The notes under the pieces: model-generated | What the model was told of the DNA's origin: nothing | The model's database searches: none | What the model saw: the letters and a program-made list of their open reading frames with translations, nothing else | Position numbers and translations under genes: made by a program | Shown here: positions 17,639-27,772 of the stretch, in pieces | Layout: each line of letters starts with the position of its first letter | Numbering within the stretch: position 1 is the stretch's first letter | NCBI GenBank assembly: GCA_902555055.1 | Contig: CACDQN010000002.1 | Location: forward strand, 64,094-128,093 | Length of the DNA: 64,000 bases | Direction of reading: 5' to 3' | From: an uncultured Candidatus Actinomarina sp. | GTDB lineage: Bacteria > Actinomycetota > Acidimicrobiia > Actinomarinales > Actinomarinaceae

Positions 17639-18019
17639 TCATAATCCCGCATTTTTTTTCCAATTTTTAAACATTAAAAGTCCAGAGATGTATAGAAAAT
17701 AAGTAATAAAAATTAAATAAGTAACTGGGAAAAGCTCACCTTTATAGTCTGAGAAAATACTTGGAGGGAGGAACGATAAGCTTAAAAACAAAATCACACC
17801 AATAATCTTATTATTACTTAATGCATCTAGGGCTAATACAATCATGAAAAAATACATTGTAAAAGTTAGAAAAAACTCAGAACTTAAAAGTCTAATTTCA
17901 TCGAGATTGTCAAAAAAGCTTACAATCAATAGAAATAATGATGTGACAATTAATGCATTTTTATAATTAGTTTTTACTAGTGAAGCAAACATACCTATTA
18001 TTGTAAAGAATATATGCAA
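17639..18019 (-). CDS. Hypothetical polytopic membrane protein
   Basis: 126 aa, about 4 hydrophobic helices. TTG start; an alternative ATG lies 9 codons in. No family recognised. Confidence 0.45.
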   Translation of the reverse strand: MHIFFTIIGMFASLVKTNYKNALIVTSLFLLIVSFFDNLDEIRLLSSEFFLTFTMYFFMIVLALDALSNNKIIGVILFLSLSFLPPSIFSDYKGELFPVTYLIFITYFLYISGLLMFKNWKKNAGL

Positions 18020-18676
18020 TTGAGTGAATTTACTTATGTCTTTTTAATATTATGTGTGCCTTTTATTGGGTATATTGTAAATACTACAAATCCAAAAAAA
18101 GGTTTTACAATACTTTTTAGTTCAATTATATTTTTGGCAGTCTTTATCAATCCATCTATATTCACCCTTTTAGGCATTTTATTTTTAGGCCTATATGCAA
18201 AATTACTTGATAAAAAAGAAAGCAACTATCTTTTGCTTTTATCAACTATAAGTTTCTTAATGGGTTCATTTAATTTTGTTGGGTTAGAGCTTTTAAAAGC
18301 AATTTTACCAATTCTTTTAGTATCATCAGTTTTTTCACTCATGATGATTGGACACTGGTTTTTGGTAGATCCTACGATATCAAGAGTTGGTATGAAGAAT
18401 ATTGCGATATTTTCTACTTCTTTATCTCTAGGTCTTTCAGTACTTGTATTTTTTAATTTTTACGAGAGTTCATCAAGTTTATTTAATCTGCTTTCTAACG
18501 GCGTACTAAATAATGTGATAGTGTTTCTTTATATATCTGCTGCATTCTTATCTTTTGGGTCATTTAAATCTTTACAAGAGAAATCATATACGGGTGTTAT
18601 GGCAAGTACTGGTTTAAGTTATCTTTCCTTAATTGTGTCAATGGGTTCTTCTGGTACTTTAATACTTTCTATTTAG
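18014..18676 (+). CDS. Hypothetical polytopic membrane protein
   Basis: 220 aa, about 7-8 hydrophobic helices. No family recognised. Confidence 0.5.
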   Translation: MQLSEFTYVFLILCVPFIGYIVNTTNPKKGFTILFSSIIFLAVFINPSIFTLLGILFLGLYAKLLDKKESNYLLLLSTISFLMGSFNFVGLELLKAILPILLVSSVFSLMMIGHWFLVDPTISRVGMKNIAIFSTSLSLGLSVLVFFNFYESSSSLFNLLSNGVLNNVIVFLYISAAFLSFGSFKSLQEKSYTGVMASTGLSYLSLIVSMGSSGTLILSI

Positions 18677-18691
18677 CATTACTCTTAGCAA

Positions 18692-19234
18692 GTGAAGATT
18701 TATACTAAAAAAGGTGACAATGGAGATACCAGTCTTTTGTATGGGGCTGGGGTATCAAAAGATGACATAGCACCAGAAGCCTATGGTTCAGTTGATGAGC
18801 TTGTAGCTTCCCTGGGTTTAATCAGAGCAGAATCAAAATTATCAGCCGACGTTAAAGATACTATCCTCCGCATTCAAAGAGAGCTTTTTATAGTTGGTGC
18901 TGAATTAGCGACTGATAAATCAAAAAGAAAAAAGCTTTCCGAGGGAAAGACTTTGGTAACCGAAGAGATGATTATAAATCTTGAAAAAGATATAGACAAT
19001 TTAACTGAAAAAAATGGATTACCAAACTTCTTTGTTGTACCAGGTGAAAATATAATTTCTGCAAAACTAGATTGGTCTCGAGTTATTTCTAGAAGAGCTG
19101 AGAGAAAATGTGTAACTTGGTATAAAACCCTAGACATGAGTGACTCTAAAGTACTAATATATCTAAATAGATTATCTGACTTATTATGGATGATGGCGCG
19201 TGACTTTGAAAAAGATTGGACACCAAGTAACTGA
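18692..19234 (+). CDS. PduO-type ATP:cob(I)alamin adenosyltransferase
   Basis: 180 aa, GTG start. N-terminal IYTKKGDNGDTSL is diagnostic of the PduO/MMAB family. Confidence 0.85.
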   Translation: MKIYTKKGDNGDTSLLYGAGVSKDDIAPEAYGSVDELVASLGLIRAESKLSADVKDTILRIQRELFIVGAELATDKSKRKKLSEGKTLVTEEMIINLEKDIDNLTEKNGLPNFFVVPGENIISAKLDWSRVISRRAERKCVTWYKTLDMSDSKVLIYLNRLSDLLWMMARDFEKDWTPSN

Positions 19235-20607
19235 TGACTGAATTAAGCATATTATTTGTAAATGATATAAATAATGAAAAACTTTTAACATATTTTGTAA
19301 ATGATGATGAAATAAAAGATTATTTTAAGATTCATAATTTCAATGGAAAAAAGAAAGAAATGCTTTTAGTTCCAAAGCAGTATTTAAAAGATTCAAAAGA
19401 CACATTGCTTATTTCTATATCAGAAATAAGCAATGATTTTGATGCTTGCTACCTAGGTGCTGTTGCAAGGACCAAGATTAATTCAGAATGTAATATTACT
19501 TATGAAACCGGTCTTGTTGACTTTTCACAAGTTGAATCTTTTACTCTTGGGATGTTGTTATCAGGTTATAAGTTTGATAAATATTTAAGTAAGAAGAACG
19601 ACAGTGAAGAAATTACTTTAGATAAATCAATTGTTAAAAGTGAACAACAAATAACTAGAGATGCAATATATTTTGTAAGAGATTTAGTAAATACACCTAC
19701 TCTTGATAAGACTCCAGAGTATTTTATCGATGAGGTAAAAAAACTTATACAAAATGAAGATATTAGCTTAGATATTCATAATAAGGAATGGCTTCAGAAC
19801 GAAGGATTCGGAGGTGTTATCGGTGTTTCACAGGGATCAGCAAAAGAACCTTATTTACTAGTAGGTGAATATAATAAATCGGCTAAATTTAAAGTTTCAA
19901 TAATTGGAAAAGGAGTTTTGTTTGACACTGGAGGGTACTCACTCAAATCGCCTTCTGGTATGGAGACGATGAAAACAGATATGGCAGGTGCGGCAACTGC
20001 CTGGGGAATAATAAAATTAGCAGCATCATTCAAATTAAATATAGGTGTTAAAGTATTTACCCCTCTTGTAGAAAATATGGTAAGCAGTACAGCCATAAGG
20101 CCAGGTGATGTTCTCACAATGCGAAATAAAAAAACTATAGAGGTTTTAAACACAGATGCTGAAGGCAGATTAATTATGGCAGACGCACTTGCATATGCGT
20201 CGGAAGAAAATCCAAACCTTTTATGCGATGTTGCAACACTGACGGGTGCATCTTATGTAGCACTGGGATTAGATATTGGAGCAGTATTTTCAAATGATAT
20301 GTCTATTGCAAATAATTTTGTTGATGCAAATAGAAATGGAATAGAGTCATATCATGCACTTCCTTTATTCAAAAGCTATAAGAAATTAGTAAAGTCTGAT
20401 ATTGCAGATTTAAAAAACACAGGTGGTAGATTTGGTGGAGCTATAACCGCAGCTCTGATTTTAGAAGAGTTTGTGAACGATGTTCCATGGATTCATTTAG
20501 ATATGGCAGGACCAGCGAGATCTAGAAACAATGACCCTTTAACCCCAACTGGTGGAACAGGTTTTGGTGTTATTGGATTTATAAATTTTTTAAAAACTCT
20601 TTCTTAA
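19234..20607 (+). CDS. pepA: Leucyl aminopeptidase (M17)
   Basis: 457 aa. GKGVLFDTGGYSLK, NTDAEGRL, ATLTGA. Confidence 0.9.
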   Translation: MTELSILFVNDINNEKLLTYFVNDDEIKDYFKIHNFNGKKKEMLLVPKQYLKDSKDTLLISISEISNDFDACYLGAVARTKINSECNITYETGLVDFSQVESFTLGMLLSGYKFDKYLSKKNDSEEITLDKSIVKSEQQITRDAIYFVRDLVNTPTLDKTPEYFIDEVKKLIQNEDISLDIHNKEWLQNEGFGGVIGVSQGSAKEPYLLVGEYNKSAKFKVSIIGKGVLFDTGGYSLKSPSGMETMKTDMAGAATAWGIIKLAASFKLNIGVKVFTPLVENMVSSTAIRPGDVLTMRNKKTIEVLNTDAEGRLIMADALAYASEENPNLLCDVATLTGASYVALGLDIGAVFSNDMSIANNFVDANRNGIESYHALPLFKSYKKLVKSDIADLKNTGGRFGGAITAALILEEFVNDVPWIHLDMAGPARSRNNDPLTPTGGTGFGVIGFINFLKTLS

Positions 20608-23486
20608 GATTCTTCTTTTAAATTACTTATAACAAAAACTAGAGTATCACCAGTTGTCATTACAGCACCTTGGGAAACATTAGTTCCAATAATTTTTCCA
20701 TCGCAATTTTCTAAATCATTCTCTTCAAACTCTTCTTTTATGAAAAGTATTACATTGTTCTCTCTCATGAAGTCACGAATCAAGTCTTCCCCTTCTTCTG
20801 GAGTTAAGGCACAAGGAGTGATGCTTGGAATTGCTGCTGAAAATTTGTTACCTGATACTTCTAAAATAACTTCGGTGCCTTCAGGAAACTCTTCACCGTT
20901 TTCTAAATCTTGTGTTAATACAAGACCCGGAGCTTCCTCAGATTCAACCAAATTAATAGTTGGCAGTATATAGGATGAAAAAGCAATTTCCTCTGCGTCG
21001 AGAATATTTAATCCAATTAATTGTGGAATCTCAATAGTTGGAATTTCATAATATTTTTCTATGTCACTTGGGTCTAATGGCCATTCCAATATAGGTAAAT
21101 CTTTTACTACTTCGGTCATGAATTCTTTCCACATTGGTGCTGGCACACGACCTCCTGAAACATTTCTAAATATTTCACCTTTTATTTCAACATCTGTGAG
21201 AGGTAGCTGCTCTTCAGCAAAACCAATCCAGATTGATGAAGTGTACTGCGGTATAAATCCAATAAACCAAGCTTCTCTAAATCCTTGGTGCGTTCCCGTT
21301 TTACCCGCAATTTCTCTATCATCTAAAACAGCTCTGGTTCCAGTTCCATACTGAGCAGCCACTTCTAAAGTTTTTCTTACTGCAGCTGCAGCACCAGGAT
21401 CGGGAATGCTTATTCTTGGCGATACAATATGTTTGTATAAAACATTTCCTTTATCATCCTCAATTTTCTCAATTAAATATGTAGGAGCAAGGACACCATT
21501 GGTTGCAAAAGAAGAATAAGCTGAAGCAATTTCGATTGGTGTAACGGCACCTGCACCTAAAGTGAGAGATATAACTGGATCTAACTCAGAATCAATTCCT
21601 ATACGTTTTGCTGTAGAAGCAAGCTTTTCACCTCCAAGTTCAGAAGCCAACTGTGCAAAAACTGTATTAATAGATCTTCTTGTTGCTTCTTCAAGTGATA
21701 TCATTCCAGATGTATCGAGTAATTTAATTGATCTGTTATATTCTGCTTTATCCTGACATGGTTTAAATATAAATTGTGTCTCTGACTCAGTATCTATTTG
21801 TATTAAGTTTTTTTGGTTTTCAATTAGCTCAACATCAAAAATTATTGTCTGTTCTTCAGGAATTTCTTCACCTTCTTCTAATTCTCGATAAATGATTAGG
21901 TTTCCTTCCTGGTCATACTGCCCTAACGCTTTAGCGATTTCCATCATTTTTTCTTCATCTGTTTCAAACTCTTCTAAATTTAGACCAAGCGGAAATTGTT
22001 TGATAAAATCTTTGTTTTTGATTTCTTCTACATGAAAATCAAAACATTGAAGCTCAATAGATCTATCTTGTGCATCAATTTTATTAAGGTATCTATCTGC
22101 TGTTATTGATGTACCATAATTTCTTACAACCCACTTCTCACCAATTCCATCTGGAGCACATGGATAACCACAGTTTATTTCTACCGGACTTCTTGAGTCT
22201 CTGTAGCTGTATAGTTTTGCTCCTGATTCCAATGCAGCCAAAAGAGTTATAGGTTTAAATGCTGATCCTGGATTTCTCTTTCCTTGAGTAGCGAGGTTAT
22301 ATTGCTCCTCTTCAAAAGGTATTCCTGACGACATTACTTCTATTGCTCCCGTAAAATTATTAATTAGCGTTATTACACCAGTTGGACGAGTCTCATCGGG
22401 ATTTTCCTCATTTGGATCAGATGGTACCCATGTATTTAAAACTTCATTTGCGTGTTGCTGTAAAGATAGATTAAGCGTTACATATACTTTTAAACCACCG
22501 CCACCAAAGCAAGTTGTATCATCAGAAGGACATCCAAAAACTGCTTTTTTTCTATCTTCTTTAGTGTTTCCTAAAATAGCAAATTCAGGATCATTTAGTA
22601 ACTGTCTCTTTACTTCAGCAACAACATGTTCAGCTTGGGCAACAAAATTTTTAGTTTCTTTTACATTAAGCGGAGCAAGCTTTGCCGACCTAGCTTGAAT
22701 ATCTACAATAAATCCTTCTTTGAGCATTATATTTATTACATCATTTCTTCTTTCCAACACTCGGTCAGGATATTTTCTTGGATTGTAATAAGCGGGGCTT
22801 CTGATGATGACTACTAGTGTTGCAGCTTCATCCAGTGTTAACTCCTCTACAGTTTTGTCAAAGTATTCAAAAGCAGCTGATTGAATACCGTATGCACCTG
22901 CTCCCCAGTAGATTGAGTTAATGTAATATTCTAAAATTTGATCTTTTGTGTATCTTCTTTCTAACTCAGCGGCAACAACTGCTTCAGCAACCTTTCTTCT
23001 AATTGAAATTTCGTCACCAACAAATGATTGTTTGGCAACTTGAGAAGTAATAGTAGATCCACCGCGTGTCACTCCTCTTAAATTATCGAGTACCGCACTA
23101 AGAATTGCAATAAAATCTACACCCTCATGTTGATAATAATTACTATCTTCTGCTGCTAATAGTGTATTGATAACAAAAGGAGGTACCTCACTTAAAGCAA
23201 TTGGGTCACGGTTTAATCCATCATGAAGCTCATCAAGAATTTGATTATCAGAAGTATATATTACGGAAGGTTCAGACAACGATACAAAATTTAATACCAT
23301 GCCTTCTGCTCTTGGAAGAAATTTTTCTTCAAGGTTTGTAACAATTTCCATTCCTGACTTAATGGGTAAGAAAACAAAGAAACCAACCCATGCTGCAAAC
23401 ATAAAACTAGAAAGCAAAAGTAAGAACCCTGCTACATATCGAGAACCGAATCTTGATTTGTTTTCTAAATTATGAATTTGTGCCAT
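20604..23486 (-). CDS. ponA: Class A penicillin-binding protein (transglycosylase/transpeptidase) with C-terminal PASTA-like repeats
   Basis: 960 aa with an N-terminal TM anchor. GT51 motifs EDSNYYQHEGVD and RGGSTITSQVAK. Transpeptidase motifs SAFK (S408), SIN (S605), KTGT. Confidence 0.9.
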   Translation of the reverse strand: MAQIHNLENKSRFGSRYVAGFLLLLSSFMFAAWVGFFVFLPIKSGMEIVTNLEEKFLPRAEGMVLNFVSLSEPSVIYTSDNQILDELHDGLNRDPIALSEVPPFVINTLLAAEDSNYYQHEGVDFIAILSAVLDNLRGVTRGGSTITSQVAKQSFVGDEISIRRKVAEAVVAAELERRYTKDQILEYYINSIYWGAGAYGIQSAAFEYFDKTVEELTLDEAATLVVIIRSPAYYNPRKYPDRVLERRNDVINIMLKEGFIVDIQARSAKLAPLNVKETKNFVAQAEHVVAEVKRQLLNDPEFAILGNTKEDRKKAVFGCPSDDTTCFGGGGLKVYVTLNLSLQQHANEVLNTWVPSDPNEENPDETRPTGVITLINNFTGAIEVMSSGIPFEEEQYNLATQGKRNPGSAFKPITLLAALESGAKLYSYRDSRSPVEINCGYPCAPDGIGEKWVVRNYGTSITADRYLNKIDAQDRSIELQCFDFHVEEIKNKDFIKQFPLGLNLEEFETDEEKMMEIAKALGQYDQEGNLIIYRELEEGEEIPEEQTIIFDVELIENQKNLIQIDTESETQFIFKPCQDKAEYNRSIKLLDTSGMISLEEATRRSINTVFAQLASELGGEKLASTAKRIGIDSELDPVISLTLGAGAVTPIEIASAYSSFATNGVLAPTYLIEKIEDDKGNVLYKHIVSPRISIPDPGAAAAVRKTLEVAAQYGTGTRAVLDDREIAGKTGTHQGFREAWFIGFIPQYTSSIWIGFAEEQLPLTDVEIKGEIFRNVSGGRVPAPMWKEFMTEVVKDLPILEWPLDPSDIEKYYEIPTIEIPQLIGLNILDAEEIAFSSYILPTINLVESEEAPGLVLTQDLENGEEFPEGTEVILEVSGNKFSAAIPSITPCALTPEEGEDLIRDFMRENNVILFIKEEFEENDLENCDGKIIGTNVSQGAVMTTGDTLVFVISNLKEES

Positions 23487-23533
23487 ATAAAAATACTAAT
23501 CCTTATATGTAACAATATTGTACAATTAAGAAT

Positions 23534-24595
23534 ATGGAATTTTCACCAGGCTTAAGGGGAGTTGTTGCTGGAGAAACCTCTATCTCAACGGTTGGTAAAG
23601 AAGGTACTTCACTTCGATACAGAGGCTACGACGCAATTGACCTGACTAAGAATAATACTTATGAAGAAGTCGCATCTCTTATTATTAAAGACTCTTTAGA
23701 TGGTGACGAGTTTAAAGAAGCTTTTACAAAATTTTACATTGCAGCAATTGAAGATGAAGCACTTTCAAAATATCTTGAAGATCTAAAATCTTTGCACCCA
23801 CCGGTCGGAATGCACCCAATGGCTCTGCTAAGAACTATTGTATCTGGAGGTGAAGAAATCGATTCTGATACGGAAATTGAACTTGTAGCAAGAATAAGTG
23901 CAACTGTCTGTTTTGCAATCGCTTCATATCATAACACTGATACCAACCTTCTTTCAGATAAGTATTTAGTTGCCAGCTCACTTTTACCTAATGATGCTAG
24001 CGATGAAATGCTTGAAGCATTAGACGATATGCTTATTCTTTATGCTGAGCATGGTTTTAATGCATCAACTTTTGCAACGCGCGTTACTGCATCTACAAGA
24101 GCAGATTTAACTGGAGCAATTGTTTCTGGGATAGCTACCTTAAAAGGAGAATTGCACGGAGGGGCTAATGAAAGAGCTGTTGAGTTAATAAATAGTTTTA
24201 ATACAGTAGATGAGGCTGAACAAGGAATTTATGAACTTCTTGAAGAAAAGAAAAAAATTATGGGATTTGGGCATGGAGTGTATAAAGTTCAGGATCCAAG
24301 AAGTCCAGTTGTGAAAAACTGGGTCGAACAGTTAGTTGATAATGATTTTTCCAAAAATAGATTCGAAATAGCAAAAAAGATTGATGAAATTATGGACACT
24401 GAAAAAAATCTTTTCCCAAATGTTGATTTTTATGGAGGTTTGCTTCTAGCAGAACTCGGCTTTGAAGTTGATTTATTTACACCAATTTTTGTTGCGGGTA
24501 GATCAGTAGGATGGGCTGCACATTATTTTGAACAAAGAGAACAAGATATATTGATTAGGCCAGCTGCTAAATATATTGGCCCATCTGAAAGATAG
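23534..24595 (+). CDS. prpC: Citrate synthase family, probably 2-methylcitrate synthase
   Basis: 353 aa. LRYRGYD, GFGHGVYKVQDPRS. Followed by a PrpD homologue. Confidence 0.8.
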   Translation: MEFSPGLRGVVAGETSISTVGKEGTSLRYRGYDAIDLTKNNTYEEVASLIIKDSLDGDEFKEAFTKFYIAAIEDEALSKYLEDLKSLHPPVGMHPMALLRTIVSGGEEIDSDTEIELVARISATVCFAIASYHNTDTNLLSDKYLVASSLLPNDASDEMLEALDDMLILYAEHGFNASTFATRVTASTRADLTGAIVSGIATLKGELHGGANERAVELINSFNTVDEAEQGIYELLEEKKKIMGFGHGVYKVQDPRSPVVKNWVEQLVDNDFSKNRFEIAKKIDEIMDTEKNLFPNVDFYGGLLLAELGFEVDLFTPIFVAGRSVGWAAHYFEQREQDILIRPAAKYIGPSER

Positions 24596-24598
24596 TTT

Positions 24599-25984
24599 TT
24601 GGAATCAAGCAACATAGATGTTCAAATTTTAGATTATTTATCTAAACCTTTAGACAATGAAGAGAATCATTTTTTTTCAGCAAAATTGGCAATTCTAGAT
24701 ACTATTGGATGCATAATTCATGCTAGTAGTTATGAAAATATTCATAGTTTTGCAGCTGGAGAAACATCAGTAGAGTTATTTGAAAATCCATTCAAAACAG
24801 TTAAAAATTTTAATTCTCCATTAGACAGTACTTGGTACTTAACTGTCCTTACGAGATGGTTTGATTACAATGATACATTTTTAGCAAAAGAGTGGGGCCA
24901 TCCATCTGATAACTTTGGAACAATTTATAGTTTTTTTCAAAAAAATAACAGTAATAAATTTGTTGACTTTACAACTGCTTTAACAAAAGCATACGAGATA
25001 CAAGGCGCACTTTGCTTGGGTACATCATTAAATAAGTTAGGTTTTGATCATGTGTTTTTTGTCAAATTAGCATCTGGATCTGTTTTCTCCTATTTACATA
25101 GTGACGGAAATAATGACATTTTAAAAAGAACTGTTAATAATATTTTAATGGATGGACCTAGTTCAAGAGCATACCGACACTTTCCAAATGTTGGTAAAAG
25201 AAAAAGCTGGGCAGCAGCAGATGCTTCAAAAAGAGGTATTGAGTTATCATATATAAGTCGCACAGCAGATGAGATATACGAAACAATACAAAATCAAGAT
25301 GACTGGGGTTTTGAGAATATATTTATGAAAGATTCTAATCTAATTTTTGGAAAAGATTTAGATGATTGGGTTATCCAAAATGTTTTATTTAAGGTTCTTT
25401 ATCCTGCAGAATTTCATGGACAATCCGCTGTAGAAGCTGCAACTCAGCTCAGTTCAGAATTTAATCAAAATAGAGATAAACTCGACAAAATCAACTTATA
25501 TACACATGAACCTGCTGTAAGAATTATTTCAAATAAAAACGAGTTAAAAAATGCTTCTGACAGAGATCACAGCTTAGAGTACATGGTTGCAGCAGCACTC
25601 CTGTATGGTGATTTAACATATGAAATGTATGAAGATAATTTTTCAGGCTTAGTTGAGATAAATCAATTACGAAAGAAAATTCATGTACAGGAAGAGCCAA
25701 AATTTACAGAAAATTATTACGACTTTTCAAAAAGGCACATATCAAATTCAATTGAAATTTTATATAATGACAACACCTGCTCTGAAAAAATTACAATTGA
25801 GAACCCCATTGGCCATCCATCAAGACGAGAGGAAGCCCTACCTTTATTGGAAGAAAAATTTATTAAGAATGTGGAAAGTACATTTTCATTAAAAAAAGCT
25901 AATCAAGTCTGGAATGAAATTTTAAATTTGAAAAAAGATGATGAAGTTGAGCAATTATTTTCTATTCTTGTAGAAGATGAATGA
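24599..25984 (+). CDS. prpD: MmgE/PrpD family 2-methylcitrate dehydratase
   Basis: 461 aa, TTG start. Size and N-terminal LDTIGC-type region are consistent with PrpD. The context with the citrate synthase homologue supports the call. Confidence 0.75.
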   Translation: MESSNIDVQILDYLSKPLDNEENHFFSAKLAILDTIGCIIHASSYENIHSFAAGETSVELFENPFKTVKNFNSPLDSTWYLTVLTRWFDYNDTFLAKEWGHPSDNFGTIYSFFQKNNSNKFVDFTTALTKAYEIQGALCLGTSLNKLGFDHVFFVKLASGSVFSYLHSDGNNDILKRTVNNILMDGPSSRAYRHFPNVGKRKSWAAADASKRGIELSYISRTADEIYETIQNQDDWGFENIFMKDSNLIFGKDLDDWVIQNVLFKVLYPAEFHGQSAVEAATQLSSEFNQNRDKLDKINLYTHEPAVRIISNKNELKNASDRDHSLEYMVAAALLYGDLTYEMYEDNFSGLVEINQLRKKIHVQEEPKFTENYYDFSKRHISNSIEILYNDNTCSEKITIENPIGHPSRREEALPLLEEKFIKNVESTFSLKKANQVWNEILNLKKDDEVEQLFSILVEDE

Positions 25985-26849
25985 AATCTATTTACTAGTA
26001 GGAGGTGAGGCAACAAGACTTCAGCCTCTCTCAACGGGAATCCCTAAGGCGTTATTAACAGTGAGGGGTGAAAAAATAATTGATTTGATTATCCAGCAAT
26101 TTTCTAAATTAGGAAATTTTAGCTTTAATTTAATCTGTTCCAATAAGCATGAAAAACAATGGCTTGAATATAAGGATATCAGTAACAATGATATCAAATT
26201 GTTTTTTGAAACAAAAAAACTTGATACTGCTGGCTACATAATCCAAAATCTAAATTCAATGCCAGATTCTTTTTATTGTATGAATGGGGATTTGTTACTA
26301 GATATAGATCTACAGAAATTGATTACAGAATCAATAAGCGTTCCGAGTTCACTTATTGGTTCTATTGAAGTAGATGATCCAACAAGGTACGGAGTACTTC
26401 AAGTAACTGAAGAAAATAAAGTCGAAAGTTTTATTGAAAAACCTGATGATGATAGTTTTGGAAAAAAAATAAGCTTAGGTCTTTATCATTTTTACAAAAG
26501 GGATTTACAAAAAATTGTTTCAAATCTTGAAACACCTTGCTCTTTTGAACATGACGTTTTTCCAAGACTGGCAGAACAAAATTTACTACATACCTATACG
26601 GTCACAGGAAAAATGATTGATGTAGGAACGTTAGAATCTTATATTTCATCTCACTTAAATGGTGCTAAAAACTGGATTTCACATAACAATGTTTCTTTAA
26701 GCACTTCTGCAACTATTATAAATAGCGTTGTTTTAGACAACTGTATTATAGAAGATGAGGTAATAATTGAGGATTCAATAATTTCGGATGGATCAGTCAT
26801 TAAAAGTGGAAGTGTAATAAAAAACAAAATTGTGAGGACAAATTTATAA
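25977..26849 (+). CDS. Sugar-1-phosphate nucleotidyltransferase (ManC/GMPP-like) with C-terminal left-handed beta-helix
   Basis: 290 aa. N-terminal LVGGEATRLQPLSTGIPKALL (G-x-G-T-R-L signature). C-terminal hexapeptide-like repeats. Confidence 0.7.
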   Translation: MNEIYLLVGGEATRLQPLSTGIPKALLTVRGEKIIDLIIQQFSKLGNFSFNLICSNKHEKQWLEYKDISNNDIKLFFETKKLDTAGYIIQNLNSMPDSFYCMNGDLLLDIDLQKLITESISVPSSLIGSIEVDDPTRYGVLQVTEENKVESFIEKPDDDSFGKKISLGLYHFYKRDLQKIVSNLETPCSFEHDVFPRLAEQNLLHTYTVTGKMIDVGTLESYISSHLNGAKNWISHNNVSLSTSATIINSVVLDNCIIEDEVIIEDSIISDGSVIKSGSVIKNKIVRTNL

Positions 26850-27772
26850 TGAAAATCATTGTTACAGGAGGTGCAGGATTTATAGGCTCTCACCTTGTAG
26901 ATTCTTTGTTAAATGATGGCCATGAACTTTTAATTTTTGACAACTTTCTTACTGGAAAAAAAGACAATTTGTCATTTGATGGTAATTTCAGATTAGTTGA
27001 GGATGATTTTGGCTCAGAGGACTCATTAGCTTTAATTAAAAATTTTGACCCAGAAGTATGCTTTCATTTAGCTGCACAGTCTTCAGTAGTTGTATCGGTT
27101 CAAGACCCTGTCCTAGATTTTGAACATAATATTTTACAACCAATACAACTACTCCATACCTTAATCAATTCAAACTGTAAAAAGTTTGTATTCACATCTT
27201 CGGGAGGCACAATTTTTGGTGAGCCTGAGAATATACCAACCGCAGAGAATGACTACTCTAGTGAACCCGCTTCTCCTTATGGTGTAGCCAAAAAAAAATT
27301 AAATGAAATTATTAAAACGATGACATCAAATACAACTTTAAGCTATTCAATATTAAATCTATCAAATGTGTATGGACCACGGCAAGACCCACATGGAGAG
27401 GCGGGAGTGGTATCTATTTTTTCAAATAAATACTTAAATGGTGAAAGACCTGTAATTTATGGCAGTGGAGAACAGACGAGAGATTATATATTCGTGCAAG
27501 ATGTTATTTCTGCATTGATAAAATCTTCAAAAATTCAAGAAGATTTATTCTTAAATATTGGTACAGGAATTGAAACATCTGTTAATCAGTTATCAGCATC
27601 TTTAAAAACTCAATTTTTATCTGATTTAGAACCTATTTTTAAAGATGCTAGGGATGGAGAATTGCAACGTAGTGTACTTGATAATACAAAAGCAAGAAAA
27701 TTATTGAATTGGGAACCTCAATACGACTTAGATTCTGGCATGATTGAAGTTAAGAATTGGATTAATCCCTAG
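26849..27772 (+). CDS. NAD-dependent nucleotide-sugar epimerase/dehydratase (extended SDR)
   Basis: 307 aa. VTGGAGFIGSHL, and YxxxK as SPYGVAKKK. Confidence 0.8.
   Translation: MKIIVTGGAGFIGSHLVDSLLNDGHELLIFDNFLTGKKDNLSFDGNFRLVEDDFGSEDSLALIKNFDPEVCFHLAAQSSVVVSVQDPVLDFEHNILQPIQLLHTLINSNCKKFVFTSSGGTIFGEPENIPTAENDYSSEPASPYGVAKKKLNEIIKTMTSNTTLSYSILNLSNVYGPRQDPHGEAGVVSIFSNKYLNGERPVIYGSGEQTRDYIFVQDVISALIKSSKIQEDLFLNIGTGIETSVNQLSASLKTQFLSDLEPIFKDARDGELQRSVLDNTKARKLLNWEPQYDLDSGMIEVKNWINP

Noticed and set aside
18014-18019. Overlapping divergent start codons of the two hypothetical membrane proteins.
   Set aside because: The minus-strand ORF start is a TTG chosen by the ORF finder. An ATG 9 codons downstream (MFASLV...) is equally plausible and removes the overlap.
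23512-23521. Short AT-rich palindromes as operators: ACAATATTGT (23512-23521), AACTTTA-TC-TAAAGTT (6308-6323) and ACTAATTAGT (about 47890).
   Set aside because: Palindromes of 10-16 bp are expected by chance at this AT content, and none matches a regulator consensus I know. They are noted only as candidates for comparative checks. The 18-bp CRP-type site is different because it matches a known consensus perfectly.
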